Part shown: piece after piece, positions 1 to 28,762 of the stretch
Layout: each line of letters starts with the position of its first letter
How positions within the stretch are numbered: the stretch's first letter is position 1
Origin: Phoronis australis
Lineage: Eukaryota > Animalia > Phoronida
NCBI GenBank assembly: GCA_002633005.1
Contig: NMRA01000875.1
Span: forward strand, 47,557 to 111,556
DNA length: 64,000 bases
Direction: 5' to 3'
Translations under genes and position numbers: made by a program
Notes under the pieces: generated by a model
What the model was told of the DNA's origin: nothing
Seen by the model: the letters and a program-made list of their open reading frames with translations, nothing else
Databases searched by the model: none

Positions 1-456
1 GCCGCTGGTAAGAACATGAGAAAGCTCATTATAGTTGGAATACACAATAAAAAATCGAATCTAGAAAGCAAACGAATCACATTCATTCTGGTTATGGTAG
101 TGATGGTGTTTATTCTTTGCCAAATTCCCATTGGAATCGATCACGTTATGTACGCCACCAAGATGACGTCATGGGCCTGGCCAGAACGAGGATATTACAG
201 TTTAGTGTGCAATGCGTTGGTTGCGCTAAATTCGTCGACAAATTTCTATATCTACGCTTTGTTCGGTGGTAAGTTCCGACGCCAACTCAAGGACTTGTGC
301 TGTTGCATACTGCGACGAAAACCGCAATCCCCAAGTTCGCCCACGTTGACGAATTTTCAAATGTCGCTGGTGTCGATCAGCTCATCGTCCTTCCGGGTAA
401 AATATAATGATGCACCGGGAAAATTTGCCCCAGGAAGTAACCCAGGAGCGACTTAG
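1..456 (+). CDS. C-terminal part (ICL3, TM6, TM7, tail) of a class A peptide GPCR, FMRFamide/sex-peptide-receptor-like; 5' truncated by the window edge
   Basis: The frame is open from base 1. TM6 reads ITFILVMVVMVFILCQIP. TM7/helix 8 reads LVALNSSTNFYIYALFGGKFRRQL, an NFxIY variant of NPxxY typical of invertebrate FMRFa-receptor-like GPCRs. A CCC palmitoylation-type motif and a Ser/Thr-rich tail follow; stop TAG at 454-456. Confidence 0.85.
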   Translation, partial: AAGKNMRKLIIVGIHNKKSNLESKRITFILVMVVMVFILCQIPIGIDHVMYATKMTSWAWPERGYYSLVCNALVALNSSTNFYIYALFGGKFRRQLKDLCCCILRRKPQSPSSPTLTNFQMSLVSISSSSFRVKYNDAPGKFAPGSNPGAT

Positions 457-1019
457 AGTCGTGTCCTGATTTTGTCTACTATGCACTATGACCCTTGACA
501 TACGATGCGTTGTTTCATAAAATGATGCTCATCGGTAAGTTGAACCATAATGCCAACGCAGCAGATGTACAATTATTGTTTGCAAGTTGTATAGTACTAT
601 GTGCATAGTGATTAACACTTCAAACAGGAATATACGTAATGAAATGTTTTGGAAAGAAATTTGAAATACAAATATTTACACAATGATCTAATTTGATTAC
701 TGTAGTACCAAAATCAGAAAAGTATTTTTTTGCTCCACGATGTTTTGATACCTGTTTTTGCGTATTTTAGATCTGATTTGATGAATAATTATTTTTAAAA
801 TGGCGCCTAGGGCCATATTGCCTTGCATAACTATTTAATTGGAATGGCAACGTCATAAAAGTTTTCATTGCATTTGCATATGTACAGTTTGGGTTCTTCC
901 TGTGTATTTTTTATCATATTTGTGAATGCATGTATTCAAAATAGCGGCTGACTGTCATATTGGATTTATTGACACACAAACGTGAAAACTGTGTAAGAAA
1001 ACTACATGTAGTCCAGCTC

Positions 1020-1700
1020 CACGTGTTCATCAAGGTGAGATATCTGAACTTATATTGAAAGAAATGCGTGATCTAAAGTCTGCGCAAGATGGGTTCAGAA
1101 AAACGTTTAAATTCAGATGTGACCTTACTGAACTGCACCCGTCTGAATCATGCTCGACAGGGGGATACTAGACCTCCCTTGGTCAAATTTGCTGTTGAGT
1201 CACTGGCTCAAAAATTATAGTGCTGCGAAACAAGCAAAAATTAAAGTGCACGCCTTTATTTCAACCACATTTTCTACGTGAAAGCAAATCTCACACTGAC
1301 AGGATAATTGAAATCAAATTCAAAACAATTATTGAAACTTTGCCGAACAACAAGGAATTCAAGATCCGCTCAATTGGACCAATTGTGAGAGTGGCCACAG
1401 GTGAAGACGCTGACTCGGGGAACAAAACAGTGAGGATTTGCGATGCCAATGTCGGTGGTTGGACTAGCATCAATTTATTGCTCCGTGAACACTTGCTGTC
1501 TTCAGTCAACGCCCTCATCATAGGGGTGGCAGAAACTCATTTACATCCAAATAAATGTAATACTTTGCCCGGTTATTGTTGGTACGGATACAATAGGCAG
1601 CTTATAAACAAGCGGGCCCACAGATCGAGGTTCGGGTGGGGTGGGAATATTTGTTAAAACGATTTGTTTAAAACATTTAAAATCGATGATTCATTACAGA
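1020..1700 (+). mobile_element. Decayed non-LTR retrotransposon (LINE) fragment: ORF1 tail plus N-terminus of the APE endonuclease
   Basis: RPPLVKF..LRNKQKLK is ORF1-like. It is followed by TVRICDANVGG...IIGVAETHL...LPGYCWYGYNR and a frameshifted RGSGGVGIFVK, matching APE endonuclease motifs of non-LTR ORF2. Truncated. Confidence 0.75.
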
Positions 1701-4357
1701 CAAGCAGTTTTTACCGGCCGTCTGCGCTGGCTCTGAGGTCAAGAATGGTTCTATTGTGGTCCAGTTTCGGAAAAAAGTTATTTTATTATGGCCATTCTTT
1801 GAAGGAGTTTTTTGAAAATGTGAGGTCCTGTCTGAAATAGAACACTTTAAGATAAATAAGGCTAAACATCATTTAGCTTGGAAAAAGAGTAACAGTTCAT
1901 TCCACCGTCGTATGGTCACAAGACGATGCAGGAAGTGATTTTCTTCAACATGAAAGCCGGTTGAACGATTTCACAAAAACGGCAAAATAAGAGGTAATGG
2001 ATTCCAACATTGGGCCTTATCTCCGCGAGCGGCCCCTTAAAAATTTGTCAATAAAAACACAATAAGGTGACTACTTGAAATGTCACCAATGGCCTCCTTC
2101 AAGGCTGGGACCCCTAAATATGAAAATGTCTATATTTTCCAAAATCAGGGAATGCGCAGCAATTGATGTTATGTGTCAGGTCATCAATTTTTCTCGAGTG
2201 ATATACAGTTTCGAGAACAAAAATAAAGCGAAAGTTATCCCTTGCCAAGGAAGTGCTTCGGGAAAAATATAGTTTTGCATTCGCAAAATTGATTTATTTA
2301 ATTTAAAAATCCAGAAAATTGGTACGCTCCGGAAAAGTTTCGCTTGATATTTTTTCTCGATTTTAAATATATGAACGAATTATTACGTGCATGAACTGTG
2401 CTGCAGAAGCGGTAACCGTAACAACAATGTCCTGGCCGGGGTCCTCAACAGGTAAACCATGCACTGGTACATGTTCTCTTGAATTTTCTCTCATCCGTAT
2501 TTCCCAGTCTTTTTTCTCGACTGTCCCCGGTCCCACGCCTATGTCGGTTGCCACGGTTTAACCTGGCGCCTGAAATTTTTTTGAGGGGCACGTGCCCCCT
2601 ACTTCGTACGGCCCTGCCTCTATGCCAGTCAGCTGCTTCACTTCGTAATCAAGCCATTGCGGCCTATATACAGGGTGAAACGGTATCTTATCAATATGGC
2701 CAATGATACTTTTGGATAATTCTTATGCCAAGTACGCGCAAATTGAACATTCAGCAACAGTTGAGTTGTCTGACGAGAGTTCGTGGGGAGAGGACATTTT
2801 ACCCACTGGATGGCCGTTTTATTTTCAACTTCAGTTCCCCGGTATGCGCTGGATATTTCAAATATTGCTTGGTAGTCTCGACACGACATGTTTTCACGAG
2901 TCATGCATGGGCGGCGCAGCACTGAAAAAATGTGGGAGATTATCCCCCTAACCCCCATGGTGCGCCGCCCATGTCATGAGATACAACTTGACCTAACTGC
3001 ATGCAAAGTTTTGTCTTGCGCAATGAGCCGAGTCTATTTGCAAAGCGAATATCTGAAATAAAACAACGAACATCTAATCAAAATTTGTCGATAGTCATAT
3101 TGCTGTTAATTGAAAGTAGACTGGGCGGTCTGCTACACCGTTTCATTAGTTTACTGTACAGGCAAACACTGGGTGAAAACGGGGGTTGGCTATCTCGTCA
3201 TGTTGAACATGCTGATCACAAAAAAAAACGACTGAACGAAGTCTGATTAGGTTGTTTTTAACGCAAACCAATGCATACCTCTTCAACTGTAATTTAATAC
3301 AAATCCGCGGATGAAGCCCTTCTTATTTGGTTAGGACTGTAATGGAAAACACGAGGCACATCCTGAATGCAGCGTCCACTTTCTAGAAAGATAGCTGGTG
3401 AGTACCCCGACCCGAGCTCCCCTGAGCTTGACGCGATCTAAACCAAATAAATGCTACATACAAAAATATCGGCATACAATAAAGGTGACCCTGTAATGTT
3501 ACATGTATGTACTGTGACTCCGTTTTAGTTTGGAAACTTATTGGGTATAGATGGCAGAACGAAATTAACTTGAGGTCAACTGACCGGGTCAAAGTACACG
3601 ATATACTAAAATGAGGAAAATCCACCTCTTATGGCGCACAGCATGTTAAATATATGAAGAAAATGCTGAATCAACTGATCTTTGATTTCTTTTGTGATCT
3701 AATAATGTTAAGAATAAAAGATACATAAAGAGTGGAATCAAATATTTTGGTTCCCAAAATCTCAATAAGCGAAGTCACCATAGTTCGGTGTTATTTGTGA
3801 TTAGGGATGTGGGTAGTCAGAACAGCTTACAAAGTGTATTATAAGGACTGTGTGTCTGTAGTCTGCACATGCTACATAGAGGACGATCATCGTACTCATT
3901 GTTCTATTATTTACATCTGATGTAGTTATTGCAATTAAGTAAATTTTAACTGAAATGTAAGGTATTGGACCACGATGTACCAAAATCTCAATAAGTGAAG
4001 TTGCAGTATTAAGTGTACATCTTACATGAAAATATTGTACTTAGAAGAATATTTGTACCTATGTCTTATACGGTGGGTTATTGCAATTAAAACTTCAATT
4101 TATATTTAAATTCATTATGCTTCATTATACATGTATGCGCGAGACATATTGGGTAGCACAAGCGTTCCCTAATTTGAACGATATGTGCACGGGCTTAAAA
4201 TACTTGGAGCCCTTCTAATTAAATTTGAATCCCCTTCAATTAATTCCCAAGGTCTCCATAGAATTTGCCTTTGTACAAATAACGTCATTCCGCCAATGGA
4301 ATCTCTCGTGCATCTTGCTTGCATTGGCTTTTGACCTTGTTCGTTGTGTAGTGTTAA

Positions 4358-6155
4358 AGGAGAATGCTATCCAAAAACAACCTAGTTTGTATCACTCCAG
4401 ATCGAGTAGTTCCACTCGAAAACACCAAGTACAGCTCTTTTACCTGACACCTGACGGCAGTCGAAGGTGTTGAAATTAACCAATGACGTCAGAGGCTCGA
4501 ATGCAGTTTGTTCAGCAGTTCACAACACGCTTACTGGTGTCAGCTAATCCCTTGAATTCATCGTTTTATACCAATAAATCAAATACATCGAGTTATCGAA
4601 ACACGTATTATTCTATTTTGCTGTTAAGGATTTTTAGGTATTTGAAAATACCGTAGCCTAAAATAAAGTTCGGTAGGTCAATTTACAAGGTCTGTCGGTG
4701 ACAAATTCAAATTATTCGTCCGTAAACTACAGACAGGAGAACATAGCTTTGTGTTGCAATTTTAGACTTGCGAATATTTTCAGTTCAAAACACACAATAC
4801 GCTTGCTATCCCGGCCAGTGACATAGAACCCGATCAGGCCTATCGCGGCCGTACTGAAGACGTCACGAACATAAACCAGCCAAAGTTGGGAACTAAACTT
4901 CCAGTCACGAAAAGATTACATGTATACTAGTGAGCCAAAGAAAAATGTGCACGTGATTTTTTTGGAGAATTAGCCGCAAAATTGCAAATCTATTTACCAG
5001 CTCGTCGGGGGCCGCGGAGTCAGGTTACCCTTCTGCAGAACCGTTGAGGCCATTACGGCGTTTTCCCTTTGCTACCAACTTGTTCGATTCCATAGCCCAA
5101 CAACAAGTTGGGAAGATCACACCTGTAGCCAATATCTAACACGACTGATTTAGTTCCATTCTGTCATTTATGGTTGGAGGGCCGGCTCGCTTTTGTTTCA
5201 GGTCTAATATAAGCATTGGTTAGGGTGAGAATAAGTCATTACGAAACAGAACGCACAAATAAATGACAACGTGGCAACTCGCAATCTCGACTTAGGCGAG
5301 TGCTCATCTAACGAAGACTTCACAGGTCGCCGACTGTTAGGTTTCACAGGCTATCAGTTCGAGCTGCAATACACAGATCAAAAAATAACAGAGAGGCACC
5401 GTGAACGTGCACAGAAAACGGAACATGTGGATAGTTCCGAAAACCGTTTGAATGAGTAGTCATGGTGTCAGTGAGCTAACTGCACGATAATGGAAACTAC
5501 TGACGCTTGCGTTTGCTGGCACGGAGTTCTGCAAATGAAACGCCTTCCTGGAGAAGCGCAGATGTGTCTCATGGACAATCTTGATTTAGCATCTCTTCTA
5601 AACAGAGGTGTACTTACGATGTTTACTGGGCTGAGAAAAGAATAAGCGAAAACATCTTACATCAAGAGGACCAAACATAAGCCTCACGAACGAGTCAGTC
5701 ATCAAACAGTTTATATAAAACGTTGTATTCTCACGCCTTGAGTTAAGTTTGTTTATGTTTTCGAGGCCAACTACAATTCTCCACAGTCAAAAACTGATCA
5801 ATCAATCCGACGAAATGCAGGCCACTGACAGACACGGAGAAAGTTCAAGCCCTCATACTTGGTATTAACGACCTTCTTTTCATTCTTCACTACCGCGAGC
5901 CACTTCCGAAGCATTATAGGCTCTCGAGGAAATCGAAATAACGATATATCCGCTTTCCCCGTAGCTTCATAGTTCGCACAACACCACAGCGGCACTCTGC
6001 AGAAGAACCACTAACGTCGCTGCGTCGTTTCTCACCTTCCTCAAGGGTTAACGCGACACCTCTAGGTGAGGTAAGATCGACCGTATACGACTTGATGTGG
6101 ATATAGACCGATTAAGACGGTAAAAGGGAGTAATTAAATCGGGTGGCATTCTCCT
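4358..6155. mobile_element. Kolobok-like DNA transposon, internal-deletion derivative (copy 1)
   Basis: TTAA flanks both sides (4354-57, 6156-59); TIR AGGAGAATGC...GCATTCTCCT. Minus-strand THAP remnant at 5798..5995 (WCC..SLFRFP..W..RVC). Convergent plus-strand remnant from 5271 (GYQFEL...RLNE*SWCQ*ANCTIMETTDACVCWH...CL...LNRGVL). Confidence 0.75.
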
Positions 6156-6734
6156 TTAACTTAACTGGGAAAGCCTAGCCTTGATTTCAGCAAATGTCTC
6201 CCAGACACTGCATGTCGGCAAGAATCATGTTGTTTCATAGCTCTTGTCAAAGCTAATAACTTCAAGAAGTCTATTCAAAGGAAAAACGAGTGGTTTGTGT
6301 TCCAAAGGTCAAGGACCACAGAAATATGTCCAAATTTAGGTTCAGATATTTATGACCCCAGAAAAAAACTTCGGAACGCCATGGCTGATCGTATTCAAAT
6401 GAAACTTCCTTATACTATCCTTTATGCATGTACTGTTCTCCGCAACCTTGTTAGGGATTACTTTTTTAAATATTCTCGTTTTGCGCGAGGATCTATATAA
6501 AATAAGACTCATGATTTTCATTAAAAAAGTAAAAACTTGAATAAAATTTGCATTTTTAAAACATGTCCGGGATTTATCCCTAGGACAAGTTCGTCCATGT
6601 TGCTCCTGTAAAACTGCACGTCGCCGCTGTTGGGTGTCAATGTTGAATACCTAAACGAAGTGCTTTGGGGTTAAAACCATCGCTACGATCTCCCACCTAG
6701 CAATAATCTCGAATAAGCCGCGGCAAAACTTTAA

Positions 6735-8322
6735 AGGAGAATGCCGGCCAAAAATAACCTGGTTTGTATCAGTTTACATAGAGTAGTTCCACTCAATAAC
6801 ATCAAGTTCAATTGTTTCACCTGACACCTGACTGCAGACGGAAAAGTTATAATTAACCAATGACGTCATAAGTTCAAACGCAGTCTGTTCAGCCATTCAC
6901 AACACGCTTACTGGTGTCAACATATCGCTTGAATTCATCGTTTTACACCAATAAATCATCAAAATTCGATGGAAAACCTTTACAAATACATCGAGTTCTT
7001 AAACAAACGTGTTGTTTTATTTCACTGTTACGGATTCACAGGTATTTGAACCTACCGGCCGTAGCCTACAGCTAGAGTTCGGTAGGCCAATTTACCATAG
7101 TCGATTGCGGGAGTTTGAGTCTGTTTGATGACAAATTCGAATCATTTCCGTGAAATACAGACAGAACAACATAGCTGTCTGTTATGCTTATAGACTTGCG
7201 ATTTTTGTTTAGTTCTAAACACACAAATCCCAGCGAGTGGCTCGGAACTCGATCAGGCCCGTCGCGGCCGCCGGCAATGGACATCACGAACATAAACCAG
7301 CTCAAGTTGGAAACTAAACTGTGACTTGTGAGCCAAAGAAATAATTTGCACGTAATTATTTTGGTGAATTAGCCACGTCACTGCAAATCTACTTACTCAA
7401 AATTATCGGGGGCCGCGAAGTCATGTTTCCCTTCCACAGAACCGTCAGGGCAAAAGTCGTGCAGTAACAATGATTTGAATAAGGTATATGTGACCATATC
7501 ATAAAAAATCGAGTTATTGTTTCACAACAGCTTTCTGTCAGCAAACACTGAATGACCACGCGCTCACACGGCGGCTCGGTGCCCAGTCAATTACCGGTAC
7601 CTTTCTGCATCTAAAGTCGGTAACACAGTGATCTATTCATTGTTGGCTTCTCAAAACATTTGCACTCACAAATACTTCAAAGGATTACAAATTGTATCTA
7701 ATGAGACAGACTTTATTTCAGTTTTATATAAGCATTGATTAGGGTGAGAATAATTCCTTTTGAAACAGAACGCAGAATAATAAACGTCAACATGGCAACT
7801 CGTAATCCCGACTTAGATGACAGCTCATCCGACGAAGACTTCACAGGTGGATAATAAGGTTCCACATGCTATCAGTTCGAACTGGAATACACTGATAAAG
7901 AAATACTTGAGAGGCGCCGTGAACATTCACAGGCAACGGAACGTATTCTTTCGCCGCCGGCATACGTCAGAGAAATCACTGTCGACGAAATGCCGGCCAC
8001 AGACACGGAGATGTTTCACGGCCTCATAGTTGCTATTAACAGCGTACATTTCATTCTTCACTACCATGAGCCGCTTCCTAAGAATTTCGGGCTCTCGAGG
8101 AAGTCGAAAAAATCAAGAAAACCCACTTTCCTCGCACCTTCATAGTTCGCACAAGCAGGAACGATGCACCGCAACATAGCGGCATTCACTCCGCAGACGA
8201 ACCAGACGTCGCTCATCTTCCTCACAAGTTAACGCGATCTCGGCAAGGCAAGGTCAACCGTAGGCGAGGCTATGTGGATATAGAACGATTAAGACGGTAA
8301 AAAGGAAATCGGATGGTATTCT
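6735..8322. mobile_element. Kolobok-like DNA transposon derivative (copy 2, same family as 4358..6155)
   Basis: Starts TTAA|AGGAGAATGCC and is colinear with copy 1 over most of its length. Degenerate right end GGTATTCT|TTAA (8323-26). Same ORF remnants (ATGGCAACTCGTAAT near 7792; THAP-like on the minus strand about 7990-8185). Confidence 0.7.
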
Positions 8323-8648
8323 TTAAAGGCATTGAATGCGTTCGTATGCCACTTTCGAATTCGCAATTTTATGGTTAACCAAGCGCAATAAACTGAGAAG
8401 AGTTTTACCCTCTCTGGAGTCTCGGGTGGTTTCGATGTTTTTGGTGGCAACAGAAACAAAATCTTACTACAGTCAGCAGAAATACAAGCATATTTCAGGA
8501 GAGTAAACAGCAATTTGGTTTTCGTTTCTACCAACATAAATTGGGTGGAAAACAGCTTTAAATCACCTACAATAAAAAGAAACTTTTCTTTGTAGTCGAG
8601 AATACAAATTAGATGAAATCAGATATTTGAAGCAGTCTGCCATAAAGT

Positions 8649-8654
8649 TTTATT
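8649..8654 (-). promoter_or_regulatory. Candidate polyadenylation signal (AATAAA) of the p38 gene, implying a 3' UTR of about 2.2 kb
   Basis: tttatt on + inside an AT-rich, 3'-end-like block, downstream of the p38 stop codon and just before the transposon region. Inference only. Confidence 0.35.
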
Positions 8655-9323
8655 TCAATATATTGTCGACACATATATACTGTACAATAAAATACTATCA
8701 AATGTATAAGGCAAACGGCACTTCCAAGACAAGTCTGGCCAGTGAAGACACCAGCAATTAAACTTGTTCAATTTGCTACTATAAACAAAAAATCAACAAA
8801 ATTTCAAGAACCGCTAAGATAACTTTCGGTGATACTACAGAATTCAGTTACCAACTGCATTACACAATAAGATACCTGTACGTTTCAAGAGTACCTAGTT
8901 AAAATTGATTACAAATTGTATCAACAAATCGGATGCTCGGATATCCTTCAAAGTCACTCTTACAGTTGTTTCCGTTTGTCAGCTGCAATTCAGGCATAAT
9001 CAAGTGTTATTAAAAATTACCAATTTGGAAACATGAAAATTACTTCGCTATAACTATGCTGGTTCAACTCCTGGGTAGAGTTCAGTAACGTTAAGACCTA
9101 CGCTAAGACCTCGCTAAAATCTACCCAAAATGACGTGTTTTCGTTTAAAATACACGGCAATATCTCACGTAATCTCGCTTTTTAGCGAGGTCCTGGTCGA
9201 TGTGCCGACACAGTTGGCTACTGAAACTTCGATGAACCCACCCTCCGGGTAATAAATCAACCATTGATTTAAATCACACTCCTCAAAATTGTGATAATAA
9301 GGCTGGGAAATAACTGGGATTTG

Positions 9324-9480
9324 CTTATTGCTTGAGACGTGGCTCTATTTGTTGACGTGACATGGCATGTCATGTTATTGCTGAGACGTGGCTCTGTTTG
9401 TTGACGTAACATGGCATGTCATGTTATCGCTTGAGACGATGCTCTGCATGCTGACTAGTCACCGTGCGTCATATTATTCG
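9324..9480. repeat. Short degenerate tandem repeat (~50-bp unit, about 3 copies)
   Basis: ttattgct(t)gagacgtggctct(a/g)tttgttgacgt(g/a)acatggcatgtcatg is repeated; the third copy is degenerate. Confidence 0.8.
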
Positions 9481-10812
9481 CTGAGCATTATCTCTGGCAG
9501 TTATGCCAGACCGACAATCACTTCGCATTTGAGTAAGGAACAAGTTGAGACTAATTTCTAGGAATAAGTGGCCTAAATCAAAATTGAGATTTACCATATT
9601 GGTTTACGAAACAAATACAATTCGCTTACGGAATATGGAGTTACTTTTACACAGCAATTAGCTGCTTAAAACGAGGCTCTGCCAAGTTACAACAAGAACG
9701 AAACTTCAGAGGTGAAATTGAAGGGCAATCTCACTGCACCCTATTCAATTTGCACCACAGCGACATCTGGTGCCGCTATGAAGCAAAAGAACAAAAAGGC
9801 AGTAAACAATCTGACTATTATTCTTGGAATTTCTTCTATTAACAAAATATGACACATAAAAACCCCCCGAGACGGAGCTTAACCCGCTAAATACAGACTC
9901 AAAGTACTCTTTTTCGCTCATCTGCCACGCTTGTCCGAGACTTCCACAGTACCTAGACCTAAGCAGGTAGATGCCCCGCCATCTAGCGTTTAGGCCGGGA
10001 ACCAGCCAGGCCCCAATGAACTAACATGTAACTCCATGTAATATTCGGGCGCAGTACCAGCATTACGTCTACGTTCACCTTTAGCTATCAGGGCTATATC
10101 TTCCCAAGACTTGTTCAAGGAACACATTGAGTATTTTAAGCAACAAGTGGTCTATTTGAAGTGCTAGTGATCTGGACATCAAAAATCACCAGGAGTGAGG
10201 TATATGGGGCTTTCATGAGAACATAGGTCAAATGGTTTCCTTGGTAACTACATATTTTTACCACTGTAAAAAACTCTATTTACCTACAACCAGAAATTCA
10301 ATAACAATTTGTAAAAAGCATGATCCCAACAGCTTCTAGACAACTAGCTAAGAAAGCATCCTTTTAACTTTTGCCTTGATCCAATCAACCAATGAAGACA
10401 AAATCAAGCATGTTTTGCATTACCAAATGCCAACAGCTAATAGAAAGTCAATTAACAGGTAAAACACTACATGCTGCAATGATCATTCAGCGAGATCTTG
10501 AGTAATGGCAGCCCTGCCCTTAGAAAGAACCTCCACTTCGCAAGAGCATGAACTGTGAATTACAAATAATAGACACAACCTCTGTTTTAGACATGAGAAC
10601 TTCAGTCTTCAAGCAAAACTTAAAGTTAGGTAGTACAGTCACCGAGATTTTCATTTTTGGAAATGGGATTAGATGCACACCATCAATTCTTGAGAAACTA
10701 TAGAGTAGTCAGCCGCACGTTCAGCCAATAAGGAACAATTCCTAGTGAAGAGTGCAAATATTCTGTCACATCCGGCCAGGTCACCGACCATGGCAATAGC
10801 ATTGAAAGACAG

Positions 10813-27562
<16,750 letters not shown>

Positions 27563-27685
27563 TATTAACGCAGATTGTACTGTAATACCAACGTAATCCG
27601 CAGCAGCCTTATTGTGCGTGTATTGCGGAAAATATCGCCAAAAACCCACGGAAAAAAATGAAACCTCAATGCCCCTGTTTGACCT

Positions 27686-27722
27686 ACTTCCGGAATATAA
27701 TAAAATGCTAAAGCGCATGCGT
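27686..27722. promoter_or_regulatory. Probable p38 proximal promoter: ETS-like site (ACTTCCGG) plus NRF1/EWG-like palindrome (GCGCATGCG)
   Basis: The motifs lie 125-160 bp upstream of the p38 ATG; this pair is a classic housekeeping-promoter combination. Confidence 0.55.
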
Positions 27723-27778
27723 TGGCTTGTGATGTCGTCAATAACACTCAGTTTGGGGCTCGGAGGCCCATACAGCTG

Positions 27779-27994
27779 TTATTATTATTATTGTTGTTTT
27801 ATTATTATTATTATTATTATTATTGTTGTTGTTGTTGTTGTTTTTATTATTATTACTATTGTTGTTATTATTGATGTTGTTTTTATTACTATTATTATTA
27901 TTATCATTATTGTTTTTATTATTATTATTATTGTTGTTGTTGTTGTTTTTATTACTATTATTATTATTATTGTTGCTGTTGTTGTTTTTATTAC

Positions 27995-28034
<40 letters not shown>

Positions 28035-28213
28035 GTTATTATTATTGATGTTGTTTTTATTATTATTATTATTATTATTATCATTATTGTTTTTATTATT
28101 ATTATTGTTGTTGTTGTTGTTGTTTTTATTACTATTATTATTATTGTTGTTGTTGTTGTTTTTATTACTATTATTAATATTATTATTATTATTATTATTA
28201 TTATTGTTATTAC
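27779..28213. repeat. Compound (ATT)n/(GTT)n trinucleotide microsatellite with higher-order repetition
   Basis: Directly visible; it explains the poly-I/V/L/T ORFs in the ORF track. Confidence 0.97.
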
Positions 28214-28376
28214 TGTGTTCACATGTGGTCTGTAATAAGCCTGGTAGATAAGTGGCCTGCTTGTTGTCATAACAGACAAAACAGTGTGCTTGGCAGAAAA
28301 AAAAGAAAGAAGCTAGATGTTATCACACGCTCAGAACCCCCTGCGTCTGGTGAAGTCACTGAACGGGAAAACGCTG

Positions 28377-28762
28377 GGCGATTCAAAAACTAAACGTACG
28401 ATCACCATTTAATTGACGTGGATTTCAGAAATGCTATTGGTTGATATTGAAATGTGTTATAACTTAAAAATTTTATTTTTAACCGTTACGGCGTTTTCCC
28501 GTTGCTCCCAAACTTGTTCGATTCTATGTTACCTCTGTACTAAGCCAATATCTTACACGACTGATTAACTCCATTGGCATTCATAGTTGCAGGCCCAGCT
28601 CTCTTTTGTTCGATAATTGCTATAATCTTCAAAAACATCGTATCTAGCCTGACTGGGTAGTGCTGTTAAAAATAAAAGTTAAGTTATAATATATTTGAAC
28701 ACAAACCAATAGCTTTTCTGACATCCTCGTCTAATGGGATCATGTTTAGTTTTTGAATTGCC
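28377..28762. mobile_element. MITE with ~105-bp imperfect TIRs
   Basis: GGCGATTCAAAAACTAAACGTACGATC...TTTTATTTTTAAC is inverted against GTTAAAAATAAAA...GATCATGTTTAGTTTTTGAATTGCC. Confidence 0.65.

Noticed and set aside
1700-2960. Assorted old repeat fragments (a mariner-like TACAGGGTG end, GC-rich MITE pieces) and short ORFs
   Set aside because: Boundaries and TSDs could not be defined, and the ORFs have no recognisable motifs.
27612-28279. Long poly-Ile/Val/Leu/Thr ORFs that look like membrane proteins
   Set aside because: They are translations of the ATT/GTT microsatellite, with no other coding signal.
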